Shown piece after piece: positions 19,685-29,333 of a DNA stretch of 64,000 bases. Source of the stretch: Acidimicrobiia bacterium. GTDB lineage: Bacteria; Actinomycetota; Acidimicrobiia; Spongiisociales; ZC4RG35. Location of the stretch: positions 26,590 to 90,589 of the forward strand of contig JAAXHN010000002.1 of NCBI GenBank assembly GCA_012270885.1, given 5' to 3'. The translations under genes and the position numbers were made by a program. The notes below the pieces were generated by a model. That model was not told the origin of the DNA and searched no databases. It worked only from the letters and a program-made list of their open reading frames with translations. How positions within the stretch are numbered: position 1 is the stretch's first letter; each line of letters begins with the position of its first letter.

Positions 19685-20380
19685 ATGGCTGGACGTGACC
19701 TGACGTTGAGAGACCTTGCCGCTGCGCTGGTCGAGTGCAGGCAGTGTGAGCGGTTGGTGTCCTGGAGGGAGAGGATGGCGCGGGAGAAGAGGGCAGCCTA
19801 CCGGGGGGAGGCCTACTGGGGCCGGCCGGTCCCGGGATTCGGGGACCCCGAGGCGCGATTGGTGCTGGTGGGCCTGGCGCCTGCCGCCCACGGCGCCAAC
19901 CGCACCGGTCGGATGTTCACCGGCGATCGGTCCGGAGACTGGCTGTTCCGGGCCCTTCATCGAGGGGGATTCGCCAACCAGGCCTCCTCGACGGCGCGGG
20001 ATGACGGACTGGAGCTCCGGGACTGCTGGGTCACCGCCTCGGTACGGTGCGCTCCTCCCCGGAACCGCCCCCTGGCTACCGAAACCGCCAACTGCTCGGG
20101 CTGGTTAAAGGAGGAACTGAAACGTCTGGAGCGAATGAAGGTGCTCATGGCGCTGGGCGGCATTGCACATGCCAACCTGCTGCGGATCGCTCCCCGGTTG
20201 GGTTGGTCGGTCCCCCGTCCCCGCCCCGCCTTCGGCCACGCCCTGATGACCGCGCTGGGAGACGGTCCGATCCTGGTTTCCTCCTATCACCCCAGCCAGC
20301 AAAACACCTTCACCGGTCGGCTCACAGAGGAGATGTTCGATAAGGTATTTGCGCTTGCTTGGCGTTTGCTGGAAGGGTGA
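19685..20380 (+). CDS. uracil-DNA glycosylase, family 5 (UdgB-type)
   Basis: The GLAPAAHGANRTGRMFTGDRSG motif matches the family-5 GLAPA motif rather than the family-4 GEGPG. Confidence 0.8.
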   Translation: MAGRDLTLRDLAAALVECRQCERLVSWRERMAREKRAAYRGEAYWGRPVPGFGDPEARLVLVGLAPAAHGANRTGRMFTGDRSGDWLFRALHRGGFANQASSTARDDGLELRDCWVTASVRCAPPRNRPLATETANCSGWLKEELKRLERMKVLMALGGIAHANLLRIAPRLGWSVPRPRPAFGHALMTALGDGPILVSSYHPSQQNTFTGRLTEEMFDKVFALAWRLLEG

Positions 20381-20471
20381 TCGAGTCCTTCGGGAAGGAA
20401 CGTCCGGGTTTCTTCTATTCGTCGGACTTCCGATAGCATTTGTCTCCGTACACCTTGGAGTGAATTCGTCC

Positions 20472-21734
20472 ATGCTGAGCCTTAATTCCGACACCCTGGA
20501 GCGGTTGAACGCCACCTTGCCGGCCTCGCTGGCCTCCCGACGCCGGGAGGCCCTTCGGGAGTATGGCCGCCTGGATATGCCCAATCCCAAGGAAGAAAAC
20601 TGGAAATATGTGACTCTGGGGTTCGATCTCGACCACATGACGATTCCGGCCACGCCGGGCGATTCCCTTCCCGAGGGTGACTTCCTGGCCGCGCTGACAA
20701 ACCGGGCGGGATCGGCGGTCATGGTGGACGGGAGATTGATAGGGGTTGAGAACCATTCCGAGGCGTGGCTGGGGTCGGCGACCGAAGCCTGGGAGGCCTA
20801 TCCCCCCTCCGATCTGCTCACCCCCGACACCGACAAGTTCGCCGCTGCAGCACTGGCCTTTTCCTCCGACGGGATCAGCCTTCGCATCCCCCGGAACCGG
20901 GCGGTGGACGCTCCCTTCGTTATCGACGTGCAATCCACTCTCCCGGACACCGTTACCTTTCCCAGCCTGGACATCCGGGCGGAGGAGAATTCCGAAGCGA
21001 CAGTGGTGGTGCTCTTTCGCTCCCCCGACGGGATGGCGAGTGTAATGGTTCCCAACCTCCAAACCACAGTGGGATACGGCGCCCGTCTCTCGGTTACCAC
21101 CGTCGGGATCATGGGGACCGAGGGAGTCACCGTCATGCATCATCGCTCCCGGATCGGCAGGGACGCCACGTTCCGGGCTGGAGAGATCGGATTGGGAGGC
21201 CGGCTCGCCCGGATAGACCTGCGCACCACCCTCGAGGGAGCGGGAGGAAGCGTAGAGGTCGTAGGGCTCTATTTTGGGGAGATGGAGCAGGTGCTTGACT
21301 ATCGGCTGGTGGTCAACCATGTGGGTCGGTCCACCAGTTCGGACGTGTTCTTGAAGGGTGCGGTGGAGGACCAGGCGCAGTCGATTTTTACCGGCCTGCT
21401 GCGGATCGAGGAGGATGCGGTGGGCACCTCCGCCTTCGAGACCAACCGCAACCTGGTGCTGTCCGATGGCGCCAAGGCCAACTCGGTGCCCAACCTCGAG
21501 ATCCTTTGCAATGACATAATCTGTGGTCACGGGTCGAGCGTCGGTCCACTGGAGACCGAGCCCATGTATTACCTGATGAGCAGGGGTCTCAGCAGGGAAC
21601 GGGCCGAGCGGGTGCTGGTTCGGGGCTTCTTTGAGGAGGCGATCGACCGGCTACCCCTCGACGACCTAGACGAACCCGCCCGCCAGGCCGTGAACCGGCG
21701 GTTTGCCGAGGCTCAGGAAGGCGGAAGAGTCTGA
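20472..21734 (+). CDS. sufD: Fe-S cluster assembly protein SufD
   Basis: SufBD-fold C-terminal region. I placed the start at the internal ATG 20472 (MLSLNSDTLERLN). The upstream extension in the ORF track overlaps the udg 3' end. Confidence 0.85.
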   Translation: MLSLNSDTLERLNATLPASLASRRREALREYGRLDMPNPKEENWKYVTLGFDLDHMTIPATPGDSLPEGDFLAALTNRAGSAVMVDGRLIGVENHSEAWLGSATEAWEAYPPSDLLTPDTDKFAAAALAFSSDGISLRIPRNRAVDAPFVIDVQSTLPDTVTFPSLDIRAEENSEATVVVLFRSPDGMASVMVPNLQTTVGYGARLSVTTVGIMGTEGVTVMHHRSRIGRDATFRAGEIGLGGRLARIDLRTTLEGAGGSVEVVGLYFGEMEQVLDYRLVVNHVGRSTSSDVFLKGAVEDQAQSIFTGLLRIEEDAVGTSAFETNRNLVLSDGAKANSVPNLEILCNDIICGHGSSVGPLETEPMYYLMSRGLSRERAERVLVRGFFEEAIDRLPLDDLDEPARQAVNRRFAEAQEGGRV

Positions 21735-22063
21735 TGTCCTGGGTGGAGGTTGCGAACCTGGCGGACCTGCAGGAAGGAGAGGGCCGCAGGGTCTGCCATG
21801 GCGGCCACGTGGCGGCGGTTTTCTTGACCGAGGGGGAGGTGTATGCACTGGGAGATCGGTGCAGTCACGCCGAGGCCTCCTTGTCGGAGGGGGAGGTGTT
21901 CGGAACCGAGGTGGAATGCCCCCTTCATGGTGCAGTCTTCGATTTGACCAGCGGAGAAGCCTTGACCTTCCCCGCGGTGCGCCCGGTCCCCTCCTATCCG
22001 ACCAGGGTAGAGGGGGAGAGAGTCCTGGTGGAACTTCCCGATAGCCGGGCGGAGGCGACCTGA
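21734..22063 (+). CDS. Rieske (2Fe-2S) domain ferredoxin-like protein (suf-operon associated)
   Basis: 109 aa with Rieske motifs (CSHAEASLSEG, CPLHGAVFD). TGATG overlaps with sufD upstream and sufC downstream. Confidence 0.85.
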   Translation: MSWVEVANLADLQEGEGRRVCHGGHVAAVFLTEGEVYALGDRCSHAEASLSEGEVFGTEVECPLHGAVFDLTSGEALTFPAVRPVPSYPTRVEGERVLVELPDSRAEAT

Positions 22064-22866
22064 TGGGCATGGCGTTGAAAGTTCGGGGGCTCCGAGCCTC
22101 GGTGGGCTCGATGAGGATCCTCAATGGCATTGATCTGGACGTGCCCTTTGGACAGATGCATGCTCTGATGGGGCCCAACGGCTCGGGCAAGAGCACCCTG
22201 TGTCACGTCCTGTGCGGTCATCCCGACTTCACTGCTGAGGGTGAAGCTTGGGTGGACGGCCGGGAAGTCATGGGCTTGGAGGCGGACGAGCGCGCCCGGT
22301 TGGGATTGGTGCAGGCCTTCCAGAGTCCGGTGGCGGTCCCCGGAGTGGACCTCGCGGAACTCATGCGGGAGGCGGCGGAGGAGAGGGGGATAGATTCGGC
22401 CGAGGCGAACCGGCGGATAGCCGAGGCCTCCCGCCGCTTCGACATGGACCCCTTCTTGGACAGATCCATCAACGACGATCTGTCAGGCGGAGAGAAGAAG
22501 CGTTCGGAGATCTTCCAGATCTCGGTGCTGTCGCCCAAGGCGGCTCTTCTGGACGAGACCGACTCGGGGCTGGACATAGACATGGTGCGCAAGGTGGCGG
22601 CCGCGGTGGAGGAGATGCGCGGTCCCGGCATGGGGGTGCTCATGATCACCCACCACTCGCGAATTCTCAACTATGTGGAACCTGACCGGGTGCATGTCAT
22701 GATGGGAGGAAGAATCGTTACGTCGGGAGGACCCGACCTGGCACAGGAACTTGAGAAAGAGGGTTACGAGGGGCTGAGAAAGCGGCTGGGCATCGAGGCG
22801 CCCCGGGCTGCCGCATCGGCCAAACCCTCTTCGGACTTCTTCACCGATCTGCCCTTCGAGGTCTAA
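22063..22866 (+). CDS. sufC: Fe-S cluster assembly ATPase SufC (copy 1, divergent)
   Basis: Walker A GPNGSGKST, ABC signature LSGGEKKR and Walker B LLDETDSGLD. Confidence 0.9.
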   Translation: MGMALKVRGLRASVGSMRILNGIDLDVPFGQMHALMGPNGSGKSTLCHVLCGHPDFTAEGEAWVDGREVMGLEADERARLGLVQAFQSPVAVPGVDLAELMREAAEERGIDSAEANRRIAEASRRFDMDPFLDRSINDDLSGGEKKRSEIFQISVLSPKAALLDETDSGLDIDMVRKVAAAVEEMRGPGMGVLMITHHSRILNYVEPDRVHVMMGGRIVTSGGPDLAQELEKEGYEGLRKRLGIEAPRAAASAKPSSDFFTDLPFEV

Positions 22867-23359
22867 TCCCGCGGTGGCAACGACCCGCTGGGCCGGACCC
22901 CGAGTTGGTCGGCCCCGAGGGTGCCCATGCCTCCACGGTGCGACGCCAGGACTTACGTAGCGTTGCTTGTAGCCAATGGGCGAGGTCTGGTTCAGCGAGC
23001 CGGTCAGCCACCGGGATAACCTGCGTGGCGCCGCGGTCGACCCAAGTGGGCGTATAAGTAACGGTCCGCACGGCCAGGCCGTCGGGGCTGTTGCCGACTT
23101 CGACATGCAGTATTGCGCCGTCCCCGCTTGACGGCGTACAGCACACGGGGTTCTGGTTGGAGAGAAAGTTCCCCAGCCCGTAAGCCACACACATGTCTTC
23201 GATCCGGTCGATCGGCTGCAGGACGTGTGCGTGATGCCCTATCACCAAGTCGACTGTTCCCAGCGCCGCAGGGGGAATCTCTGGCGGTCGGTCCGGAGAA
23301 GGCCAGGGCTCCGCAATGTGATAGGTAGCCTGACCGATCGGAGATACCCTAAGAGTCAT
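22841..23359 (-). pseudogene. CapA/PgsA-family metallophosphatase, C-terminal fragment only (truncated remnant)
   Basis: ATG 23359 opens a 172-aa ORF containing CapA C-terminal motifs DLVIGHHAHVLQ and YGLGNF. The N-terminal half (about 200 aa) of the family is absent. The ORF-track extension to 23977 overlaps the bona fide fumC N-terminus. Confidence 0.45.
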
Positions 23360-23416
23360 AGTGAGGTGTGAAATCGGAAGAGCGGAGCACGATAGGGGCA
23401 ACGCTTCGGCGGGGCG

Positions 23417-24814
23417 GTGATGGAGTACCGGTCCGAGAGAGACTCCATGGGGGAGGTGCTGGTGCCAACCCATGCCTATTACGGGGCCTCCACCCAGCGG
23501 GCGGTAGAGAACTTCCCGATTTCGGGAGCGGGGTTCGAGCGACGGTTCATCTGGGCCCTGGGTTTGATCAAGGGCGCGGTGGCCGAAGCGGCCGGGAGGG
23601 CAGGGCACCTTGACGCCCGGATCGCCGATGCCGTCGGCCGGGCCGCCGCGGAAGTGATGGAGGGCCACTGGGATCGCCACTTTCCCGTGGACGTCTTCCA
23701 GACGGGATCGGGTACCTCCACCAACACCAACGCCAACGAGGTGATAGCCAAGCGTGCATCCGAATTGCTGGGCGCCGACTGGAGCGGGCCACCTGTGCAC
23801 CCCAATGATTACGTCAACTTCGGCCAGTCGTCCAACGACGTCATCCCCACCGCCATCCATGTGGCGGCTGCCGCCGGGATCCGGGCAACGCTTCTGCCGG
23901 CTCTGGAGACATTGGAGGCTTCGCTCTCGGCCAAGGCGTCGGAATTCGCCGGGGTGGTCAAGTCGGGGAGGACGCACCTGATGGACGCCACTCCGGTCAC
24001 CTTGGGACAGGAATTCTCAGGCTACGCGGCGGCTATCCGCAAGGGAGTGGAGAGAATCTCGAAGATCCTGGTGGAAATCGAGGAGTTGGCGTTGGGGGGC
24101 ACCGCGGTGGGGACCGGAATCAACTGTCCCGAGGGCTTGGCGGAGGCAGCGATCGCGATCATGGCCGAGAGAGCGTGCATTCCCTTCACCGAAGCGGTGG
24201 ACCATTTCGAGGCGCAGGCCGGGAAGGATGCAACAGTAAACACCTCGGGGACCCTCAAAACAGTGGCGGTGTCGCTGTTCAAGATCGCCAATGACCTGCG
24301 CTGGCTGTCCTCGGGCCCGGTCACCGGTATAGCGGAGATCCGGCTGCCAGCGCTCCAGCCCGGTTCTTCGATCATGCCGGCCAAGGTGAACCCCGTGATT
24401 CCCGAGATGGTCATGCAGGTGGCTGCACAGGTCATCGGCAACGACGCCGCCATCACGTGGGCGGGCGCCAACGGAAACTTCGAATTGAACGTGATGATGC
24501 CGGTCATCGCCCGCAACCTCTTGGAGTCCATACGTCTATTGGCCGGCGCCTGCCGTGTCCTGGCCGGAAAGTGCGTGGACGGGATCGAGGCGGACGCAGA
24601 GCGGGCCCGGAAGCTGGTCGAGCGCAACGTCATAGTGGTGACCGCCCTCAATCCGCACATCGGATACGACGCGGGTGCCTCGGTCGCCAAGGAGGCGTTC
24701 CGGACCGGTCGCACCGTGCGTGAGGTGGTGTTGGAGCGAGGCCTTCTAACTCCCCGGGAATTGGACAGGGTGCTGGATCTTCACAAGATGACCGAAGGGG
24801 GACTGCCCTGCTGA
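23417..24814 (+). CDS. fumC: class II fumarate hydratase
   Basis: 465 aa with the [11 protein letters not shown] signature. Full-length fumarase/aspartase-family protein. Confidence 0.9.
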   Translation: MMEYRSERDSMGEVLVPTHAYYGASTQRAVENFPISGAGFERRFIWALGLIKGAVAEAAGRAGHLDARIADAVGRAAAEVMEGHWDRHFPVDVFQTGSGTSTNTNANEVIAKRASELLGADWSGPPVHPNDYVNFGQSSNDVIPTAIHVAAAAGIRATLLPALETLEASLSAKASEFAGVVKSGRTHLMDATPVTLGQEFSGYAAAIRKGVERISKILVEIEELALGGTAVGTGINCPEGLAEAAIAIMAERACIPFTEAVDHFEAQAGKDATVNTSGTLKTVAVSLFKIANDLRWLSSGPVTGIAEIRLPALQPGSSIMPAKVNPVIPEMVMQVAAQVIGNDAAITWAGANGNFELNVMMPVIARNLLESIRLLAGACRVLAGKCVDGIEADAERARKLVERNVIVVTALNPHIGYDAGASVAKEAFRTGRTVREVVLERGLLTPRELDRVLDLHKMTEGGLPC

Positions 24815-24841
24815 TCCCCGGGGTTGGGGGTTTCAGAGGAG

Positions 24842-25312
24842 CTATCTATCTGGGGTCCTCGGTGGTGCCGGGCCCAGGCATGCTCGGTTCCCCAAGGCCT
24901 GTTCCAGCGTGACCCAGGACAGGGTGGCGCACTTTATCCTGACCGGGTAGCGTCTCACTCCGGCCAGGGCCAAGAGATCGCCGAGATCGGAGAAGCCGTT
25001 CTCGCTGGAGTCGGCGGGGACATGCATGAGTTCCTGGAAGCGTTTCGACAGGCTCAGGGCTTCTGGTACCGCGTTGCCTGATACTGCCTCGCTCATCAGG
25101 GAAGCACTGGATTGGCTGATGGAGCAACCCTTCCCGGTTACCGCGATCCCGCTGATCCGGTCGTCCCGGAGGTGAAGATCGACTTTCACCTCGTCCCCGC
25201 ACAGAGGGTTTGCGCCTTCCGAGGAGACGTCAGGATCGGAGAGGGGCGCCCGGTGGCGAGGATTGCGATAGTGATCCAGGATCACCTGCCGGTACAGCTC
25301 TTGCAGGGACAT
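24842..25312 (-). CDS. sufU: SUF-system NifU/SufU-like Fe-S scaffold/sulfurtransferase
   Basis: 156 aa with conserved PLCGDE, GKGCSIS and IKCATL cysteines. Confidence 0.8.
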   Translation of the reverse strand: MSLQELYRQVILDHYRNPRHRAPLSDPDVSSEGANPLCGDEVKVDLHLRDDRISGIAVTGKGCSISQSSASLMSEAVSGNAVPEALSLSKRFQELMHVPADSSENGFSDLGDLLALAGVRRYPVRIKCATLSWVTLEQALGNRACLGPAPPRTPDR

Positions 25313-25352
25313 CTCTTGCCTAGGTTAGAAGCCGGTCGTCGGGGATGGGGGA

Positions 25353-26102
25353 CTAAGCGGGGCGCCGGAAAGACTCGTATCCTTCCGACTCCAGCCGGGC
25401 AGTGAGTTCGGCGCCCCCGGTTTTCACCAGCTTCCCCCCCACCAGCACGTGCACGTAATGGGGAGTGATGTAATCCAGCAGTCGCTGGAAATGGGTGATG
25501 ATCAAGAATCCACGGTCAGGGCCGACCATTCGTTGAACTCCGTCGGCCACGGTGCGTAGCGCGTCGATGTCGAGTCCCGAATCCGTCTCATCCAGGATTG
25601 CCAGGTTGGGCTCGAGGATCGCCATCTGCAGGATCTCGTTTCTCTTGCGTTCGCCACCGGAGAATCCCTCGTTCAGGTATCGGTCGGCGAAGTGCCCGGG
25701 GATTCCCAACTCTGCCATGGCGTCCATCACCTTAAGCCGTAACTCGATGGTCGAGTAGTCGATGCCGGTGCGGTTGGAGAGAGCCTGACGCAAAAACTGC
25801 ACCACCGGCACTCCGGGGATCTCGGTGGGGTGCTGAAAGGCCATGAAGATGCCCCGGTTGGCCCGCCTGTCGGGGAGGTCCCCGGTGATGTCCTCACCTT
25901 GGTAGTAGATGGCCCCCTCGGTTACCTCCAACCCTGGATGGCCCATGAGCACCGAGGCCAGCGTGGTCTTCCCCGATCCGTTCGGTCCCATCACTGCATG
26001 GATCTCGCTGTTGCGAATGGTGAGGTCAATGCCGCGAAGTATCTTGGCGCCGGCAGCCCGCACATGCAGGTTTTCAACGTGCAGGAGGGGTGGTGAGGTC
26101 AC
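25353..26102 (-). CDS. sufC: Fe-S cluster assembly ATPase SufC (copy 2, canonical-like)
   Basis: LHVENLHV N-terminus, GPNGSGKTTL, LSGGERKR, LDETDSGLDIDAL and ITHFQRLL. Putative GTG start at 26102 (or 26114). The ORF-track TTG at 26186 is less likely. Confidence 0.85.
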   Translation of the reverse strand: MTSPPLLHVENLHVRAAGAKILRGIDLTIRNSEIHAVMGPNGSGKTTLASVLMGHPGLEVTEGAIYYQGEDITGDLPDRRANRGIFMAFQHPTEIPGVPVVQFLRQALSNRTGIDYSTIELRLKVMDAMAELGIPGHFADRYLNEGFSGGERKRNEILQMAILEPNLAILDETDSGLDIDALRTVADGVQRMVGPDRGFLIITHFQRLLDYITPHYVHVLVGGKLVKTGGAELTARLESEGYESFRRPA

Positions 26103-26175
26103 GAGCCATGACACTAATGAGGAGGGGAAGAGGATAAAAACCCGTTTGATATTCAAATTCGGCGGGTTGGCGGTA

Positions 26176-27858
26176 ATGTCACGCAATATGGCCCACTTAT
26201 CCGGCAGAGAGGCGGGGGAAGCCGAACTCGACTCCCCTGACTTTCCCCCCGCCTTCTTTGGTTATCACCGTAAAGCGGTTGACCAGTACCTGCAGGAACT
26301 CCTCCAATCCAGGTTGGCGAGCGCCGAGCAACTCTCCCTATACCCGGATTCGGCAGCCTCCGGTGACCAGGTCGACCGGTACCGTGAGTTGGGAAGGGAG
26401 ATAGGAGACCTCCTGAGATCGGTCCAGGAGACGGCTGTCAGGATTAGAAGACAGGCTGAGGAGGATGCTGCCCGTTGGCGGGGGGAGGCCACGACCGAGG
26501 TGGAGAAGAGACTTGTCGAAGCACAGGCGGCAGCGGAGGAACTTCGGGCTTCAGCCTGGGAGGTATGCACCAAGATGATCGCCCAGTTGCAGGAAGTAGA
26601 GGTCGAGTCCTATCACAACATCGAGAAACATTCACAGGGGATAATCGCGGAGGCGGAGAATGAGTCTCACCGGATCAGAGAGGATGCTCGCCGGAGAGCT
26701 GAGTCGATGCGGAGCGACGCCAACGTGGAGTCGTTGGAGGTGGAAGAGCGGACGCGGACCCTCTGCGACCAGATGATCGACTCCGCCCAGCAGCGAGTCT
26801 ACGCTATCCAGGAGAGGGTCCTGGCCCTGGAGCGCCATCGCGACCAGTTGCTCGAGGAGATAGGAGGTATCCGTTCAGGGGCTGCGCCCATCGGCGTTAA
26901 GCTGATCGACCAGACCGGCGCCTTGATTTACCGGCCCGCTCCCGAGGCTGAGGAGCCTGCCCATGTGACCCCCCAATATGAGATGTCGGGATTGGTCAGG
27001 GTGATCCCCCAGGATGAAGGGGAGGAGGCCTCCAACGTGGATGTCCCGCAACCAGAAGAGGCTGCCTCCGACCCTGCTGACGAGAGGTCCAAGAAGGGTC
27101 CGGCGCCCGGCGTTCTCCCCGAGGACGGCGCCGGCCCGACACCGGCTGGGGAACAGAGCAAGGCTGCCTCCGAGGACGAGAGAACCGACCCTCTCGGGGG
27201 TTTCGAGGACCTGTTCGCCTCCCTGAGGCAGGTGGCCCCCGCCCCCTCGCGATCGTCCTCAAAGCAGCCGGTTGGCCGGAACGGCTCCGCCGAGATCGCA
27301 CCTCCATCGACAGAGCCCCGGCGGGAGAGTCCCCGGATGGGAGATGTCGAGGCGGAGACACTGAGAGAAGAGGTATTGCTGCCGGTAGCCAATCAATTCC
27401 TCCGTCAGTTCAAGAGGCTCTTGGCGGAGGAGCAGAACCGGGTGCTGGAGGGCATACGGGTCGGAGACCTGCTCTGGAACGCTGAGGAGGTGGACGGTCG
27501 CCTTCGGTCACACCTGGAGATGTTGATGGAACAAAGCTGGCAGGCAGGTCACAGCGCTGCTGAGCGGATGGCCGGGCGAGACATTTCCAAGCCTGCGTTC
27601 GAAGCGGAGCCGGAGAGAGGGTTTGCCCATCTCCTGGTGGCGGACGTGACCGAAGCCATCGACATGATGGGGTCCGCTGAGAACATCTCCCAACGCAGTC
27701 GCGTCGCCTCTCGCGCCTTCCGGATATGGAGGACAGACACTTTGGAGAGCCATCTCCGGGACCTGGGATCCAAGTACTACCAGCAAGGCCTGGCCCGGTC
27801 GCTCAGGGACGCGGGAGTATCCGAGGCATCGGTGGTCTCGGCCGGCGAGACTCGATAG
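26176..27858 (+). CDS. DivIVA domain-containing protein with long coiled-coil and Pro/Glu-rich disordered region
   Basis: ATG 26176 (MSRNMAHL...). N-terminal DivIVA motif FFGYHRKAVDQYLQEL, followed by heptad-rich and then a P/E/A-rich low-complexity segment. Divergent from sufC2. Confidence 0.7.
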   Translation: MSRNMAHLSGREAGEAELDSPDFPPAFFGYHRKAVDQYLQELLQSRLASAEQLSLYPDSAASGDQVDRYRELGREIGDLLRSVQETAVRIRRQAEEDAARWRGEATTEVEKRLVEAQAAAEELRASAWEVCTKMIAQLQEVEVESYHNIEKHSQGIIAEAENESHRIREDARRRAESMRSDANVESLEVEERTRTLCDQMIDSAQQRVYAIQERVLALERHRDQLLEEIGGIRSGAAPIGVKLIDQTGALIYRPAPEAEEPAHVTPQYEMSGLVRVIPQDEGEEASNVDVPQPEEAASDPADERSKKGPAPGVLPEDGAGPTPAGEQSKAASEDERTDPLGGFEDLFASLRQVAPAPSRSSSKQPVGRNGSAEIAPPSTEPRRESPRMGDVEAETLREEVLLPVANQFLRQFKRLLAEEQNRVLEGIRVGDLLWNAEEVDGRLRSHLEMLMEQSWQAGHSAAERMAGRDISKPAFEAEPERGFAHLLVADVTEAIDMMGSAENISQRSRVASRAFRIWRTDTLESHLRDLGSKYYQQGLARSLRDAGVSEASVVSAGETR

Positions 27859-27983
27859 GTAGCTCCAGCCACCGGTCGTTGCGGTGTCTTTAGGCCAGCC
27901 CTCCGCGGGTGGTCATCACGCAAGTCTCCTGTGGCGGGATCACATGAGCTTTGCCGTCGAGGTCGAGTAAGGTCGGGATCGGG

Positions 27984-29273
27984 TTGATCCGGAAACTAGC
28001 CGTCGGATTCTCTGTCGTGTTGGCGCTGGTCGCCTGTGGGCAGATAGAAGATACCGAGGAGGTAGCTCCCCAGCCGGAAGAGGCAACCACGCCTGCGGCG
28101 GACCCGGAGATACTCGATCTCCTGCTGGTCACCGGCTCGGACGGGAGGGTGACCGTGATCGATCCCGACGGCACGCTGGTCCGGGAACTACGGGGTCCGG
28201 TGGGCTCCGGGCACCCGAGCCTGCAACCCACCTGGGCCCCGGTCTCCCTTGACGGACGTCGCATAGCGGCGTGGACGGAACTCGGTGATGACGGGGCCTT
28301 CAGCATCGCGCTGGGCGATGTGGACACTGGGGAGACAACCAGATACCCGGCGCCGGTGGCCCCTTTCTATTACTACTGGAGTCCGGATGCCGCGTTGCTG
28401 GCGTTCCTGGGCCAAAACGCCTTTTCACCGTTGGAGATGGGTGTGCTGGACTACCGGAGGGACTCGGTGGAGATCATCGCCACGGGCCAGCCCTTCTATT
28501 TCGACTGGCGGCCCGATTCCCGGGCGATGGTCACCCATGTGGGCGAAGCACTGTCCCTGCTGACCCTGGCTGACGAGGCATGGTCATCGGAGGACATTCC
28601 CATCAGGGCGGGACAGTTTCAGGCCCCGGCATGGCTTTCGGAGGATCGCATACTGATCGTCACACCGGACTCGCCGGGTTCCGTCCAGGTGAGTTTGGGA
28701 GTGGCGGGCAACGCTCAGTTCCACAACTCTGCTCCGCAGCGGCTGATCTTGAGCGATCTCGAGACCGGTTCCGTCCTCACCTTGGCGGAGTTGGAGGGAG
28801 CGGCCATCTTCGAGCCGGATCCCACCAGTAAGTGGGTGGCGGTCTATGACTTCTCCGGCCCCCTGCGAGTGTTCGACCTCGCCGGTGGGGGCGAAACGGT
28901 GGTCTCCGAGAGCGAGGTTGCCGCCTTCGAGTGGAGCCCGGCGGGCGACAGGCTCCTGTTCATGGAGGTGGATCGCCAGGCTCGGGCTCTGAAGCCGAGA
29001 GTGTGGGACGGGAACGACACCCTGGTCTTCCCCTCGTTTATCCCGTCTCGCGTGTGGGTCGTCCAGTACCTGCCGTTTTGGGACCAATATTCCCGCAGCC
29101 TTACCCTCTGGTCCCCCACCGGCGAGGCGTTCACCTACCCGGGGATGTCCTCCCGCAGCGGCGAAGACCAGATCTTCGTCCAGCATCTCGACGAGTCACA
29201 TCCAATCACGGTGGGGAAAGGCGTGTTCGCCAGTTGGTCGCCAGTCCCACGGGAACAGGTGCTGGGTTCCTGA
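27984..29273 (+). CDS. secreted lipoprotein with TolB-like/WD40-like beta-propeller repeats
   Basis: Lipoprotein signal MIRKLAVGFSVVLALVAC with an L-A-C lipobox from TTG 27984 (the ORF track starts at TTG 27951). Repeated DPDG/SPDG propeller-blade-like motifs. Confidence 0.6.
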   Translation: MIRKLAVGFSVVLALVACGQIEDTEEVAPQPEEATTPAADPEILDLLLVTGSDGRVTVIDPDGTLVRELRGPVGSGHPSLQPTWAPVSLDGRRIAAWTELGDDGAFSIALGDVDTGETTRYPAPVAPFYYYWSPDAALLAFLGQNAFSPLEMGVLDYRRDSVEIIATGQPFYFDWRPDSRAMVTHVGEALSLLTLADEAWSSEDIPIRAGQFQAPAWLSEDRILIVTPDSPGSVQVSLGVAGNAQFHNSAPQRLILSDLETGSVLTLAELEGAAIFEPDPTSKWVAVYDFSGPLRVFDLAGGGETVVSESEVAAFEWSPAGDRLLFMEVDRQARALKPRVWDGNDTLVFPSFIPSRVWVVQYLPFWDQYSRSLTLWSPTGEAFTYPGMSSRSGEDQIFVQHLDESHPITVGKGVFASWSPVPREQVLGS

Positions 29274-29333
29274 TCGCGTCTGAGCAGGGCCGGTCGTTGT
29301 TCACGGTTAGTAGGGGTATGTACGACCGTCCAG

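Noticed and set aside
22841-23977. 378-aa minus-strand ORF as a full-length gene
   Set aside because: Only its last roughly 172 aa resemble CapA. The first roughly 200 codons are antisense to the conserved fumC N-terminus and show no CapA N-terminal motifs. It is kept only as a truncated remnant.
24815-24841. CCCCGGGG palindrome after the fumC stop as an intrinsic terminator
   Set aside because: It is a self-complementary 8-mer without a loop, and the following sequence is G-rich rather than U-rich. Not convincing as a terminator.
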